From Alphaproteobacteria bacterium (GTDB lineage: Bacteria > Pseudomonadota > Alphaproteobacteria > GCA-2731375), in the NCBI GenBank assembly GCA_965225945.1, contig CBDDBZ010000013.1:1-32701 (forward strand): 32,701 nucleotides of DNA, written 5' to 3'. The notes beneath the pieces were generated by a model, which worked only from the letters and a program-made list of their open reading frames with translations, searched no databases and was not told where the DNA came from. Within the stretch, counting starts at the first letter, position 1. The number at the start of each line of letters is the position of its first letter. Of this stretch, positions 9,528-17,934 are shown in pieces. A program made the translations under genes and the position numbers.

Positions 9528-10466
9528 ATGTCCATACTTTCCGCACCATTCTTTCACGATGAGCGGGCCGCCTATGCCAAGCTGGAAAGCCTGCTTTGGC
9601 CGCATGGTCCCATGTGCCCGCGCTGTGGGAGCCTGGATCGAATTACTTCGGTCAAGGGCGGACGCATTGGTCTTTACCGTTGCGGTTCTTGCAAGCGGCA
9701 GTTCAGAGTCACGGTTGGCACGATTTTCGAGTCCAGCCACGTCAAACTGCACCTGTGGTTTCAGGCTGCGCATCTAGTCTGTGCGAGCAAGAAGGGCATG
9801 AGCGCTCATCAAATCCATAGGCTTCTTGGCGTGACCTACAAGACCGCGTGGTTCATGTGCCATCGGCTCCGGGAAGCGATGCGCGAAGGGACATTCCCCG
9901 ACACGCTGGGCGGCAAAAACCGGGTCGTCGAGGCTGATGAAACCTACATCGGTGGGAAAGAAAAGAACAAGCACGCTAACAAGCGCACTCGCAAAGGGCG
10001 CGGCGCGGTCGGCAAGGAAGCCGCCTTCTCCCTTGTCGAGCGCGGCGGACGCGTGCGTTCCTTCCATGTGCCAAAGGTGAACGCCAAGACACTCAAGCCC
10101 ATCCTCAAGGCACAGATCAGCGCTAGCTCCCGTGTGATGACCGATGAGGCAGGTGTGTACGGCCAGCTCGGGCGAGACTTCGCCGAACATGAAACGGTCA
10201 ATCATAGCATCGGTGAATACGTACGCGGCGATGCCCACACCAACACCGCCGAAAACTACTTCTCCATCTTCAAGCGCGGGATCGCTGGCGTGTATCACCA
10301 CGTCAGCCAACAGCACTTGAAGCGCTATCTGGCGGAGTTCGATTTCCGGTATAATACGCGGATGGCGCTTGGCATCGACGATCAAGAGCGGACCGAACGG
10401 GCACTTCGTGGTATAGTCGGAAAGAGATTGACCTACCGGGACTCGTCACCAGTCACCGACGCGTGA
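9528..10466 (+). CDS. IS1595-family DDE transposase, intact, 312 aa
   Basis: Zn ribbon CPRCG/CGSC; VEADETYIGG; MTDE; HTNTAENYFS; HLKRYLAEFDFRYN. Confidence 0.95.
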   Translation: MSILSAPFFHDERAAYAKLESLLWPHGPMCPRCGSLDRITSVKGGRIGLYRCGSCKRQFRVTVGTIFESSHVKLHLWFQAAHLVCASKKGMSAHQIHRLLGVTYKTAWFMCHRLREAMREGTFPDTLGGKNRVVEADETYIGGKEKNKHANKRTRKGRGAVGKEAAFSLVERGGRVRSFHVPKVNAKTLKPILKAQISASSRVMTDEAGVYGQLGRDFAEHETVNHSIGEYVRGDAHTNTAENYFSIFKRGIAGVYHHVSQQHLKRYLAEFDFRYNTRMALGIDDQERTERALRGIVGKRLTYRDSSPVTDA

Positions 10467-11338
10467 AAGACGCAACCATGATCAGCCCAATCAACTTTAG
10501 CATTAGTGGTCACAACGCCGAAACTGATGCTCCGACAGTGGATGATCTGGTCAACCAAATCGGTGACTACGTTTCCATCATGCATGCGGTTGAAGAGGCG
10601 CTAGCCGATGACGGTACTAGCGAGATCGAATGGCGTGTGACCAACGCAAAGAAGAACAGTCCTCTTGAGTTAGAGATCATGCCGTTCCCGCGTCAACATG
10701 GGGTTGACATTGAACAACGCGTTCACAAGGTCAAAGAGTATACGGCGAGCGGGCTTGCACTCTTGGCCGCTAATGCAGAACGGCCCAGTTTTTTCAATGA
10801 TCCTGTCTTGGAAAAGGTTGAGCGCCTATTTCAGCGGGTTACAAACGGCCTGAGTCTGACTAAGGTTGATTATGGACCGGAGATACAGTCCACAATCGAA
10901 ATCACTCCGAGCATCGCCCGAGCGGCCGTTTCTCATATCAGCGCCGTCCGAGTGCCGAAGGAAAAGCCGTACCGTGAACTTGGGTCCGCTGAAGGCTTTT
11001 TGAAGGGGATCGATCGCGACGGCTTTGGCCGCGCGATTGTTTACGTGAAGCTGCGGCTTAATGGTGAGATAGTGAAATGTCTCGTGAGTGAGGAAGCCGA
11101 ATCTGAAGTTGAGAGACATCAAATCGGCGATGTGTGGAAAAATCGCCGCGTCAGAGTGGCCGGTACGGTCTACTACAAGAGTCTCGGGCGCATCTCCAAA
11201 ATCGATGCTGACGTTGTGCAATTTCTTCGTCGTCGTGATGAACTTCCAAGCTCTTCCGACATAATCAATAAAGATTTTACGGGCGGCCTCGCGTCCACGG
11301 AATACTTAGAAAAACTGCGGAATGGCGAACTCTCCTAA
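10463..11338 (+). CDS. Hypothetical 291-aa passenger protein, putative large partner/antitoxin of the PIN protein
   Basis: GTGA overlap with the transposase stop and AT-richer composition. Beta-rich C-terminal part (possible OB fold) and tail ASTEYLEKLRNGE. Overlaps the PIN gene by 17 nt. Start could be 10478. Confidence 0.85.
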   Translation: MKDATMISPINFSISGHNAETDAPTVDDLVNQIGDYVSIMHAVEEALADDGTSEIEWRVTNAKKNSPLELEIMPFPRQHGVDIEQRVHKVKEYTASGLALLAANAERPSFFNDPVLEKVERLFQRVTNGLSLTKVDYGPEIQSTIEITPSIARAAVSHISAVRVPKEKPYRELGSAEGFLKGIDRDGFGRAIVYVKLRLNGEIVKCLVSEEAESEVERHQIGDVWKNRRVRVAGTVYYKSLGRISKIDADVVQFLRRRDELPSSSDIINKDFTGGLASTEYLEKLRNGELS

Positions 11339-11837
11339 AAGGCTTGCATGGGATTCGTGTGCGTGGATCTCATACATTCAACAGGAAAAAGTCGTCTTAA
11401 AGGATGGCACTCCGGAGGATCGCGGGGCAATGTGCCGCCCCGTTCTGCAAGCTGCTGAGAAGGGGACTGTTGAGATCGTCGTGTCTTCAATCGCATTGGT
11501 AGAAGTAATATGTAAGAACAAGGACGTATCGATTGATGACCAGAAGGTTCGAGATTACTTCGACAATGATTACATTTTGCTCGTGAGTGCGGACAAGGAC
11601 GTATGCGACCTCGCACGTCGATTGATGTTAGCGGGCCACGCGGGACTTCGGCCCGCAGATGCAATTCATGTTGCGACCGCCTGTATCTCAAACGCCGACG
11701 AACTCCACACTTTCGATGGCAAGTTGCTAGACCTGAATTCCAGGACCGACAGGAAAGACGGAACTCATTTACGCATTAGGAAGCCCAGGTTGCCGGCCCC
11801 GCCAGCCCCATTGTTTGCAGGGATTGAAGGTGCCTAA
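11322..11837 (+). CDS. PIN-domain (VapC-like) ribonuclease, 171 aa
   Basis: Complete acidic tetrad: LAWDSC, SSIALVEV, LRPADAIHVATA, LHTFDGKL. Confidence 0.92.
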   Translation: MANSPKRLAWDSCAWISYIQQEKVVLKDGTPEDRGAMCRPVLQAAEKGTVEIVVSSIALVEVICKNKDVSIDDQKVRDYFDNDYILLVSADKDVCDLARRLMLAGHAGLRPADAIHVATACISNADELHTFDGKLLDLNSRTDRKDGTHLRIRKPRLPAPPAPLFAGIEGA

Positions 11838-12006
11838 AGCTAAGGCAAAGAAAAAGAATATCTCGCAACGTGTCCGCTTCATCGAAGCCGCCCGCGAGGC
11901 CGAATGCAGCGACGATGAGGGTGTGTTCGACCGCGCCATAAAGCATATCGCCACGGCCACGCCGAAGCCGAAAGCTAGGAAAGGTGGGACGGGCGATGAG
12001 CGCTGA
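11830..12006 (+). CDS. Small basic hypothetical protein, 58 aa
   Basis: GTG overlaps the PIN stop. MPKAKAKKKNISQRVRFIEAAREAECSDDEGVFDRAIKHIA is helical and protein-like. It overlaps the next start. Confidence 0.7.
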   Translation: MPKAKAKKKNISQRVRFIEAAREAECSDDEGVFDRAIKHIATATPKPKARKGGTGDER

Positions 12007-12213
12007 GACTGACTTAGATGATTTTTTTGAGAAACTTCTCCAAGAGGTACAAGCATCTTTAGAGAAAAAGAAACTTAGGCGGGAAAGGCCATGGACTTAC
12101 GACATTATTCGCATTCTATGGCCGTGTAAGTCTGGTCTGCATATGGATAATCTTGAGCGCGAATTATGGACCCTACGAAATCGCACCCTTCCAATGCCAA
12201 AGGAATTTAGAAA

Positions 12214-13247
12214 GGCTCAATTCGTGAAACGTATGCATTTGTGATAGAATGCCCGGAACGTCAGGAGGTTGGGTCATGGACGGCAAGGGTTTCCAGGTGT
12301 GGCTTTCGGCGGCGCGCGGGCTGACGCGCGTGCAGCGGCACGAGGCGCTCGCGGTGCTGTCGGGCCGGAGCGAAGGCGAGGCATCGAAGGCCGCGATCGA
12401 GCTTGGTGTGGACGAGGCCCGGCGCTGTCCGCACTGCGCGAGCGAAGGGGCGGTTTCGCGCGGTATGGCGCGGGGTCTGCGGCGCTACCAGTGCAAGGGC
12501 TGCGGCAGGACCTTCAACGCGCTGACCGGTACGCCGCTGTCGGGCCTGCACCACAAGGAACGCTGGCTGTCGTTCGGGGCGTCGCTGGCGGAGGGGGAGA
12601 CGGTGAAGGCCTCGGCGGCGCGCTGCGACGTGGCGGTGAGCACGGCGTTCCGCTGGCGTCACCGGTTTCTGGCGGCGGCGCGGAGCGATTCGGAGGTGCT
12701 CAAGGGGATCGTGGAAGCGGACGAGACCTACGTCCTGGAGAGCCGGAAGGGCGCGCGCGGGCTGGGACGCAAGGCACGGCGGCGGGGCGGCAAGGCGAAG
12801 AAGCGCGGCCTCTCGCGCGAGCAGGTGCCGGTTCTCATGGCGGCGGACCGGAGCGGGACGACGGTGAGCGCGGTGCTGCCCAGGGTCGACGCGGCGGCGC
12901 TCACGGCTGCTCTCGACCCGGTGGTCGCGAAGGACGCCCTGCTGGTCTCCGACGGTGGCGCGAGCTACCCCCCTTGCGCCGCCGCGCTCGGGGTGAGCCA
13001 CGAAGCACTCAACCGCTCGATGGGGGAACGGGTTCGGGGCGATCTGCATGTGCAGACGGTGAACAGCCGCCACAGCCGCCACAGCCGGTTGAAGGACTTC
13101 CTGCGTCCCCGCCGCGGCATCGCCACCCGCTATCTCGACAACTACCTGAGCTGGTTCCACCTCGTTGGCCTCGCCCCCGGCGCCAATGACCGGGCCTGCC
13201 TCGCCGCCGCCGTAACAAGGTGACGCATACAATTCACGAATTGAGCC
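12214..13247 (+). mobile_element. Inner IS1595-family element (ISPna2-like), 1034 bp
   Basis: TIRs GGCTCAATTCGTGAAACGTATGC / GGCTCAATTCGTGAATTGTATGC (21/23). 8-bp TSD TTTAGAAA at 12206-12213 and 13248-13255. Confidence 0.95.
12249..13223 (+). CDS. IS1595 transposase (DD-N type)
   Basis: CPHC/CKGC, VEADETY, LVSDG, HVQTVNS, GIATRYLDNYLSWF. The start is more likely ATG 12276, after AGGAGG. Confidence 0.93.
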   Translation: MPGTSGGWVMDGKGFQVWLSAARGLTRVQRHEALAVLSGRSEGEASKAAIELGVDEARRCPHCASEGAVSRGMARGLRRYQCKGCGRTFNALTGTPLSGLHHKERWLSFGASLAEGETVKASAARCDVAVSTAFRWRHRFLAAARSDSEVLKGIVEADETYVLESRKGARGLGRKARRRGGKAKKRGLSREQVPVLMAADRSGTTVSAVLPRVDAAALTAALDPVVAKDALLVSDGGASYPPCAAALGVSHEALNRSMGERVRGDLHVQTVNSRHSRHSRLKDFLRPRRGIATRYLDNYLSWFHLVGLAPGANDRACLAAAVTR

Positions 13248-14035
13248 TTTAGAAAAACGGTACAAAGCACATTGAATCACCATACTTCTCAATCAAAGGT
13301 TTTTAAAAATAAGCGCCGCTCCGTAGACGACGACTTATTTTACTCACCGAGGGGAAAAGGGTCTGGCACCTGGGCTGTCCATCATGACCGTGTGATTGCG
13401 TGGCTGGAAAAGAAACGACTTCGCCCGGCCTAGGTGTGTTTGTTAAGTATACAATTGCCTTTCCGTGAGTTGTACGGTAGCGAGGAGCAGTGTCGCGAGG
13501 CGCTGTTCCGCTGGCGCTGGCCGGAGGGGTTCTCCTGCCCGCGATGCGGCGCCACGCGCCATTGCGAGATCGCCGGGCGAAAACTTTACCAATGCGCCGC
13601 CTGCCGTCATCAAGTCTCGCTGACCGCCGGCACGCTCTTCCACGCGACCAAGCTGGCGCTGACGCTGTGGTTCTCGGCGATCTATCACATGACCCAATCG
13701 AAGAAGGGGATCTCCTCCATCGAACTCGGCCGCCGGCTCGGCGTCACCCAGACCACGGCCTGGAAGATCAAGCAGAAACTGATGCAGGCCATGCTCGAGC
13801 GCGACGCCAAATTGCCGCTCACCGGGCGGGTGGAGATGGACGATGCCTACCTCGGCGGCCGGCGTTCCGGGGCCAAGCGCGGCCGGGGCGCGCCGGGCAA
13901 GACGCCATTCGTCGCCGCCGTCCAGACCACGGCGGAGGGCCAGCCCGTGCGCATCAAGCTCCGCCGCGTCAAGGGCTTCCGCAAGAGCGAGATCGCCAAG
14001 ATGGCCAAGCGCGACCTGAGCCCCGGTGCGACGGT

Positions 14036-14855
14036 TGACGGCGTCGAAGCCGATCGCGCCGAGCTTCAGCGCATCGCCGATCGCCGCCTCGACCTCGGCG
14101 AGGCGGAAGCTCTCCAGGAGACGCAGGACCTGGACGTACTCCCGCTTGCCGGCCTTGCCCATGCGCGCCTCCATCAGACGGCGCAGCGTGGCGAAGGCCT
14201 CCGGCAGGTCCCAGCCCGCCAGCGGCGCGGCCTGGTCAAGCGCACCGATCTTCCGCTCGATCAGCGGCAGGTAGTGCAGCGGATCGAAGATCAGGTCCTC
14301 GCGCTCGCAGGACCGCCGATGACGGGCGATCACCTCGGCGCCGCAGCCGATGACCACTTGGTCGACGTAACCCCGGATGACAACCTCGCGATAGCCGTAG
14401 GCCACCGGCACCGAGTAGTCGTTGTCGCGGTAGCGGACCAGCGACAGCGAGCTCACGCGTCCAGGGCGCTTGTCGCAGGCATCCTATGGAGCCGGGGGTA
14501 GCGCTAGCAGAGCTTCGCGATCCCGTGCGAGGCGCTCGCCGATCGTCTCCCCGTGGCCCCGCAGCCGTGCGGCCTGGCGCCGGCGGCACTGTCCCGCGAG
14601 ATCATCGTTCAGCGCCTCGATGCTCTCAACCCGCGGAACCGGCACGAGGAAGTTCCGCCGGATGAAGCCGACCAACCCCTCGACCTTGCCCTTGTCGTTG
14701 CCCTTGCCCGGCCGGCCGAACCTGTCCTCGAACAGATAGTGAGATTGCAGCTCCGTGAAGACGCGCGTTCGCTGCCGCTTTCCATCGCCCAGGATGCGGG
14801 CAACCGCCAGCTTGGTGTTGTCGTACAGGATGGAGCGGGGGACGCCGCCGAAGAG
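14036..14855 (-). pseudogene. istA: IS21-family IstA transposase internal fragment
   Basis: FGGVPRSILYDN, GNDKGKVEGLV, SLVRYRDNDYSVP, FDPLHYLPLIERKIGALDQA. In-frame TAG at 14484-14486. Both ends missing. Confidence 0.9.
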
Positions 14856-15134
14856 CCTGGCCGTGGGTCCGGAGGGGACCCGGTTCCTGCTCAACGCGAA
14901 CCAGATGCATTTCTCCAAAAATTCGAGCCTCGGATCTGCTCGAACTGGACGCCAACGGCACGGAGACGTTGAGCCGGCCCGGGGCGGCTGATGCAACGGC
15001 CTGGGGGCTGCACGCGATGGCGACAGCATCGTTGTCGCCGACAACGCGGCCCTTCGCTGTACTTGCCAGCCGAGCTTCGTAAGCGGCAAGTATTATGGCC
15101 GTCGTCCGCCGTTAAGTTGATAACGGCGCTGGCT

Positions 15135-15226
15135 TGTTATTCGGCGCGGCAATTTGACCCCCCAGAATCAAGTAATCTCAACGGGTTAGAGCGCCGATCG
15201 GCGTCGAATCTGCGCGCCGAATAACA
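15135..15226. mobile_element. 92-bp miniature IS21-like element (two ends, no genes)
   Basis: Perfect 14-bp TIR TGTTATTCGGCGCG with TGT...ACA termini and IS21-style subterminal TTGACCCC / ATCGGCGTC. No TSD visible. Confidence 0.75.
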
Positions 15227-15320
15227 CCTGTTCACCGGTATAGGGAATTCGGCCGTAAACTCCAGCGTTTCTGCCACCGTTCGGATATGGGAAGGCCTTC
15301 GAACCCCCGCGAAACAGAAC

Positions 15321-15395
15321 AATTCCCTGTATTTTCCCTGCTAAACAGGGAATTGACCACAGAGACGAGTTCGCAGCAGACTGTGTGCACAGCCA
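15321..15395 (+). other. att-like island boundary motif
   Basis: Inverted repeat AATTCCCTG...CAGGGAATT (15321-15354), then a tRNA-3'-like tail GAGTTCG...CAGCCA. It sits at the switch from IS debris to intact genes. Confidence 0.45.
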
Positions 15396-15668
15396 AATCT
15401 CGTTTTTCGTGGAATTGCCACCGTCTCCCGCCTTTTGGCGGGCGGCAATGGTAGTGGTTTTCGCCAATAGATCAAACGGTTGGCGAATGATTGGCAGCCA
15501 TATGAAATTACCAGGGCATCTTGTGACGCTAAGAGGTTGTTAAGCCGGCCATGAAAAAATTCGAAACGGGAAACGCGGTAACGGTTGAAATCACGTTTCC
15601 AACCGTTTGGAGAGTACGGGTCAGTGAGCACAAGTGCGGATGCCTGCATTCCGACCGCGCGAAACGCG

Positions 15669-16769
15669 ATGACGTCGGTGCCACCGGGTGTTTCGGGGGC
15701 GAGGCGGCTGGTGGTCGATGTCGTCCTCGTTCACGACGATTCCCTCGATCCCCAATCGATCGTCGGGAATTTGCGGAACTACCTCGACTGCCATCCGATC
15801 GACCTGGATCGAAGTTCGGAGTGCGACGTTCCGGAGGCCGGGATCTTCGTTTTCGGCGCCGATCTCCAAGTCTCCAGTTCCTTCCGGCGCGTTCGAAAGA
15901 TCATCGAGCAAACCGAGGGGCGAAAGATTTTCGTGCTCCCGGCCTACAATCGGTCGTCGATATCGAGAATATACGATCTCAACATAAGCGATTACCTGGT
16001 TCAGCCGGTCGATGTCGATGCCTTGCATGCCATGCTGAAGGTCGCGCTCAACGATCGGACCGAGAATTTGTGGGAGACCTTGCATCCGGCGAAAAGGGAA
16101 GCGCTGCAAGGTAGCTTGGCGTGTTTCAAGAACTGTTTTTCCCTGGTACAGCGGGGCGAGCCCTTGCCGATCGAGGAAATTCACTCCAGCTGCGATCGGC
16201 TTCGCCGCGCCGACGCGCTGGGTGGCCTCGATTCCTGGATCGAAGCGCTCGACGGTCACCATAACTATTCGTTCCGGCACAGCATGTTCGTGGCCGGCAC
16301 CATGGTTTATTTCGCGCATGCCATCGGCATAGGCGGGGCGGAGTTGGAGAAGATTTCCGTCGGGGGTCTGCTCCACGATATCGGTAAATCACAGGTTCCA
16401 CATCGCATTCTCGACAAGGCCGGTCGCCTCGACGATGGGGAATGGGCCACGATGCGGCGTCATCCGGAGTATTCGCGGGAAATTTTCCTCGCGAACCGGG
16501 ATGTCGACGCGGATGTCGTCGCCATGGCCGTGCATCACCACGAGAAATTGGACGGAAACGGCTATCCGGACGGCTTGTCCAGCTCCCAAATCAGCGATTT
16601 CGTCCGAATCACCTCGATCGCGGATGTGTATTCCGCCCTGATCGATAAGCGGTCTTACAAAAACGCGATGGGTCAGGAAGAGGCACTGGAAATCATGGCC
16701 GGGTTCGAGGGGCATCTCGACATGGACCTGCTGGCGGCGTTCGGAGGCTTCGTTCGCGGCGAGGTGTAA
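15669..16769 (+). CDS. HD-GYP c-di-GMP phosphodiesterase with a degenerate receiver-like N-terminus
   Basis: LLHDIGK, HHEKLDGNGYPDG, IADVYSAL, RSYK; N-terminal DYLVQPVD. Start uncertain (15585-15712). Confidence 0.92.
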   Translation: MTSVPPGVSGARRLVVDVVLVHDDSLDPQSIVGNLRNYLDCHPIDLDRSSECDVPEAGIFVFGADLQVSSSFRRVRKIIEQTEGRKIFVLPAYNRSSISRIYDLNISDYLVQPVDVDALHAMLKVALNDRTENLWETLHPAKREALQGSLACFKNCFSLVQRGEPLPIEEIHSSCDRLRRADALGGLDSWIEALDGHHNYSFRHSMFVAGTMVYFAHAIGIGGAELEKISVGGLLHDIGKSQVPHRILDKAGRLDDGEWATMRRHPEYSREIFLANRDVDADVVAMAVHHHEKLDGNGYPDGLSSSQISDFVRITSIADVYSALIDKRSYKNAMGQEEALEIMAGFEGHLDMDLLAAFGGFVRGEV

Positions 16770-16812
16770 AGCAGCGCCCGGCGGCGAAGAGCGGCCACGC
16801 CCGGGCCGGGTT

Positions 16813-17727
16813 CTATTCGGCGGCCTCGGCGGCGAGAAACCCCGTCTCGCGCAGGATCGCGGCGACCACCGAGCGTTGCTCGTCCGTGAACGGCAGCATC
16901 GGCGCCCTCATATGGCCGCCGGGCTTGCCCAGCAGGTTCATCGCCTCCTTCACGGCGACATACATGCTGCCGACCTGGAACAGAATGTCGTATATTCGTG
17001 CCACCAGATAGTGACAACGGCGCGCCCGCTCCAGATCGCCGGCGACGAAAGCGTCGTATATTTCCGGCGCCGGTCGGCCGACGATCTGCGGCGCCATCGC
17101 CACGGCGCCCGCCGCGCCGATCGAAAGCGCGGGCAGGTACATGTCCTCGACGCCGATGAAGACCTTCATGGCATCGCCGCAGGCACGCATGAGATCCGAG
17201 GATTTTCGGATGTCGAACGAGCTGTCCTTTATGGCGACGATATTGTCGTGTTCCGACAGCTGGTGAACCAAATCCGTCGTCAATTCCTTCTTGACCATGA
17301 ACGGGCTGTTGTAAAGCATCACCGGGAGGGAACTCGCATCGGCGATGCGCGTATAGAATTCAACAACTTCGTTGTCATCGACGCCGACATAGATGGGCGG
17401 CAACACCATCATGCCGTCGCAGCCGGCCCGTTGCGCCGCTCGCGTATGGGCCAGCACGTCCTCCGTGCGCGTCGCCGCCGGGCAGGCCAACACGGGCACG
17501 CGTCCCGCCGCCGCTTCCACCGCGAGAGCGAAAACCCTGGCACGTTCGACGTCGTTCATCAGGAAGAACTCGCCCGTGCTGCCGGCGGCGATCACCCCGT
17601 GGCATCCGGCCTCGATGGTGTCCGAAAAGACCTGGCGGCATCCCGCATCGTCGATCTCGCCATTCGCGCCGAATGTGGTGACGTTGACGGCGAACGAGCC
17701 GTGCCAGTCGACCTGAACCTTCGCCAT
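16813..17727 (-). CDS. DapA/NanA-family class I aldolase/lyase, 304 aa
   Basis: GSTGE, MLYN, Schiff-base lysine in AIKDSS. GGAGG RBS. Confidence 0.92.
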   Translation of the reverse strand: MAKVQVDWHGSFAVNVTTFGANGEIDDAGCRQVFSDTIEAGCHGVIAAGSTGEFFLMNDVERARVFALAVEAAAGRVPVLACPAATRTEDVLAHTRAAQRAGCDGMMVLPPIYVGVDDNEVVEFYTRIADASSLPVMLYNSPFMVKKELTTDLVHQLSEHDNIVAIKDSSFDIRKSSDLMRACGDAMKVFIGVEDMYLPALSIGAAGAVAMAPQIVGRPAPEIYDAFVAGDLERARRCHYLVARIYDILFQVGSMYVAVKEAMNLLGKPGGHMRAPMLPFTDEQRSVVAAILRETGFLAAEAAE

Positions 17728-17934
17728 CGTCGCCTCCCGTCGCTTCGCGTCGCTCTCGAACAAAGCCTGGCGCCTCGAGATAATGATGACATCGCCACGG
17801 ATTGTCCATCGGAGGGAAGTTCGAATCCGCCTCGGCTCGTCCCGGGGCGCGCCGGGTTCCGGGACGGCGCGCCGGGCGGTTCGACCGGCGCCGCGACGAT
17901 TCCCCGAAAGGATTTCAGCATCCAAGGCTGGCGA

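Larger units (their letters stand above)
11996..13433 (+). pseudogene. 131-aa winged-HTH-like passenger protein split by the inner IS1595 (11996-12213 + 13256-13433)
   Basis: Removing the IS and one TSD gives ...PMPKEFR|KTVQSTLNHHTSQSKVF...DDDLFYSPRGKGSGTWAV...RPA* in frame. The fold assignment is inference. Confidence 0.8.
9466..13459 (+). mobile_element. Middle IS1595-family 'transporter' IS (ISNwi-like) with four passenger genes; about 2.95 kb without the inner IS
   Basis: TIRs GGCAATTATATACTTGACGAACAC / GGCAATTGTATACTTAACAAACAC. 8-bp TSD TTTCCGTG at 9458-9465 and 13460-13467. Confidence 0.95.
9330..14035 (+). mobile_element. Outer IS1595-family element (ISSod11-like), interrupted by a second IS1595 and truncated on the right
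   Basis: Transposase split at 9465/13468. Left end estimated near CCTGATTACGCAC. No right end is visible. Confidence 0.75.
9411..14035 (+). pseudogene. Outer IS1595 transposase (segments 9411-9465 and 13468-~14035)
   Basis: Rejoined reading MPRNKVPFQKGLSEARFR|ELYGSEEQCREALFRWRWPEGFSCPRCG...CAAC...VEMDDAYLGG. It ends at PGATV, before the second catalytic Asp. Confidence 0.9.

Noticed and set aside
13434-14501. 355-aa 'complete' IS1595 transposase
   Set aside because: Chimera: it starts in the middle IS's TIR and ends in antisense istA. The true start is 9411.
15362-15395. Possible tRNA gene
   Set aside because: Only a GTTCG...CCA resemblance; no D arm, anticodon arm or pairing acceptor stem.
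17839-17876. GGCGCGCC-containing hairpin as a riboswitch or REP element
   Set aside because: Single GC-rich stem with no recognisable aptamer, U-tract or further copies.
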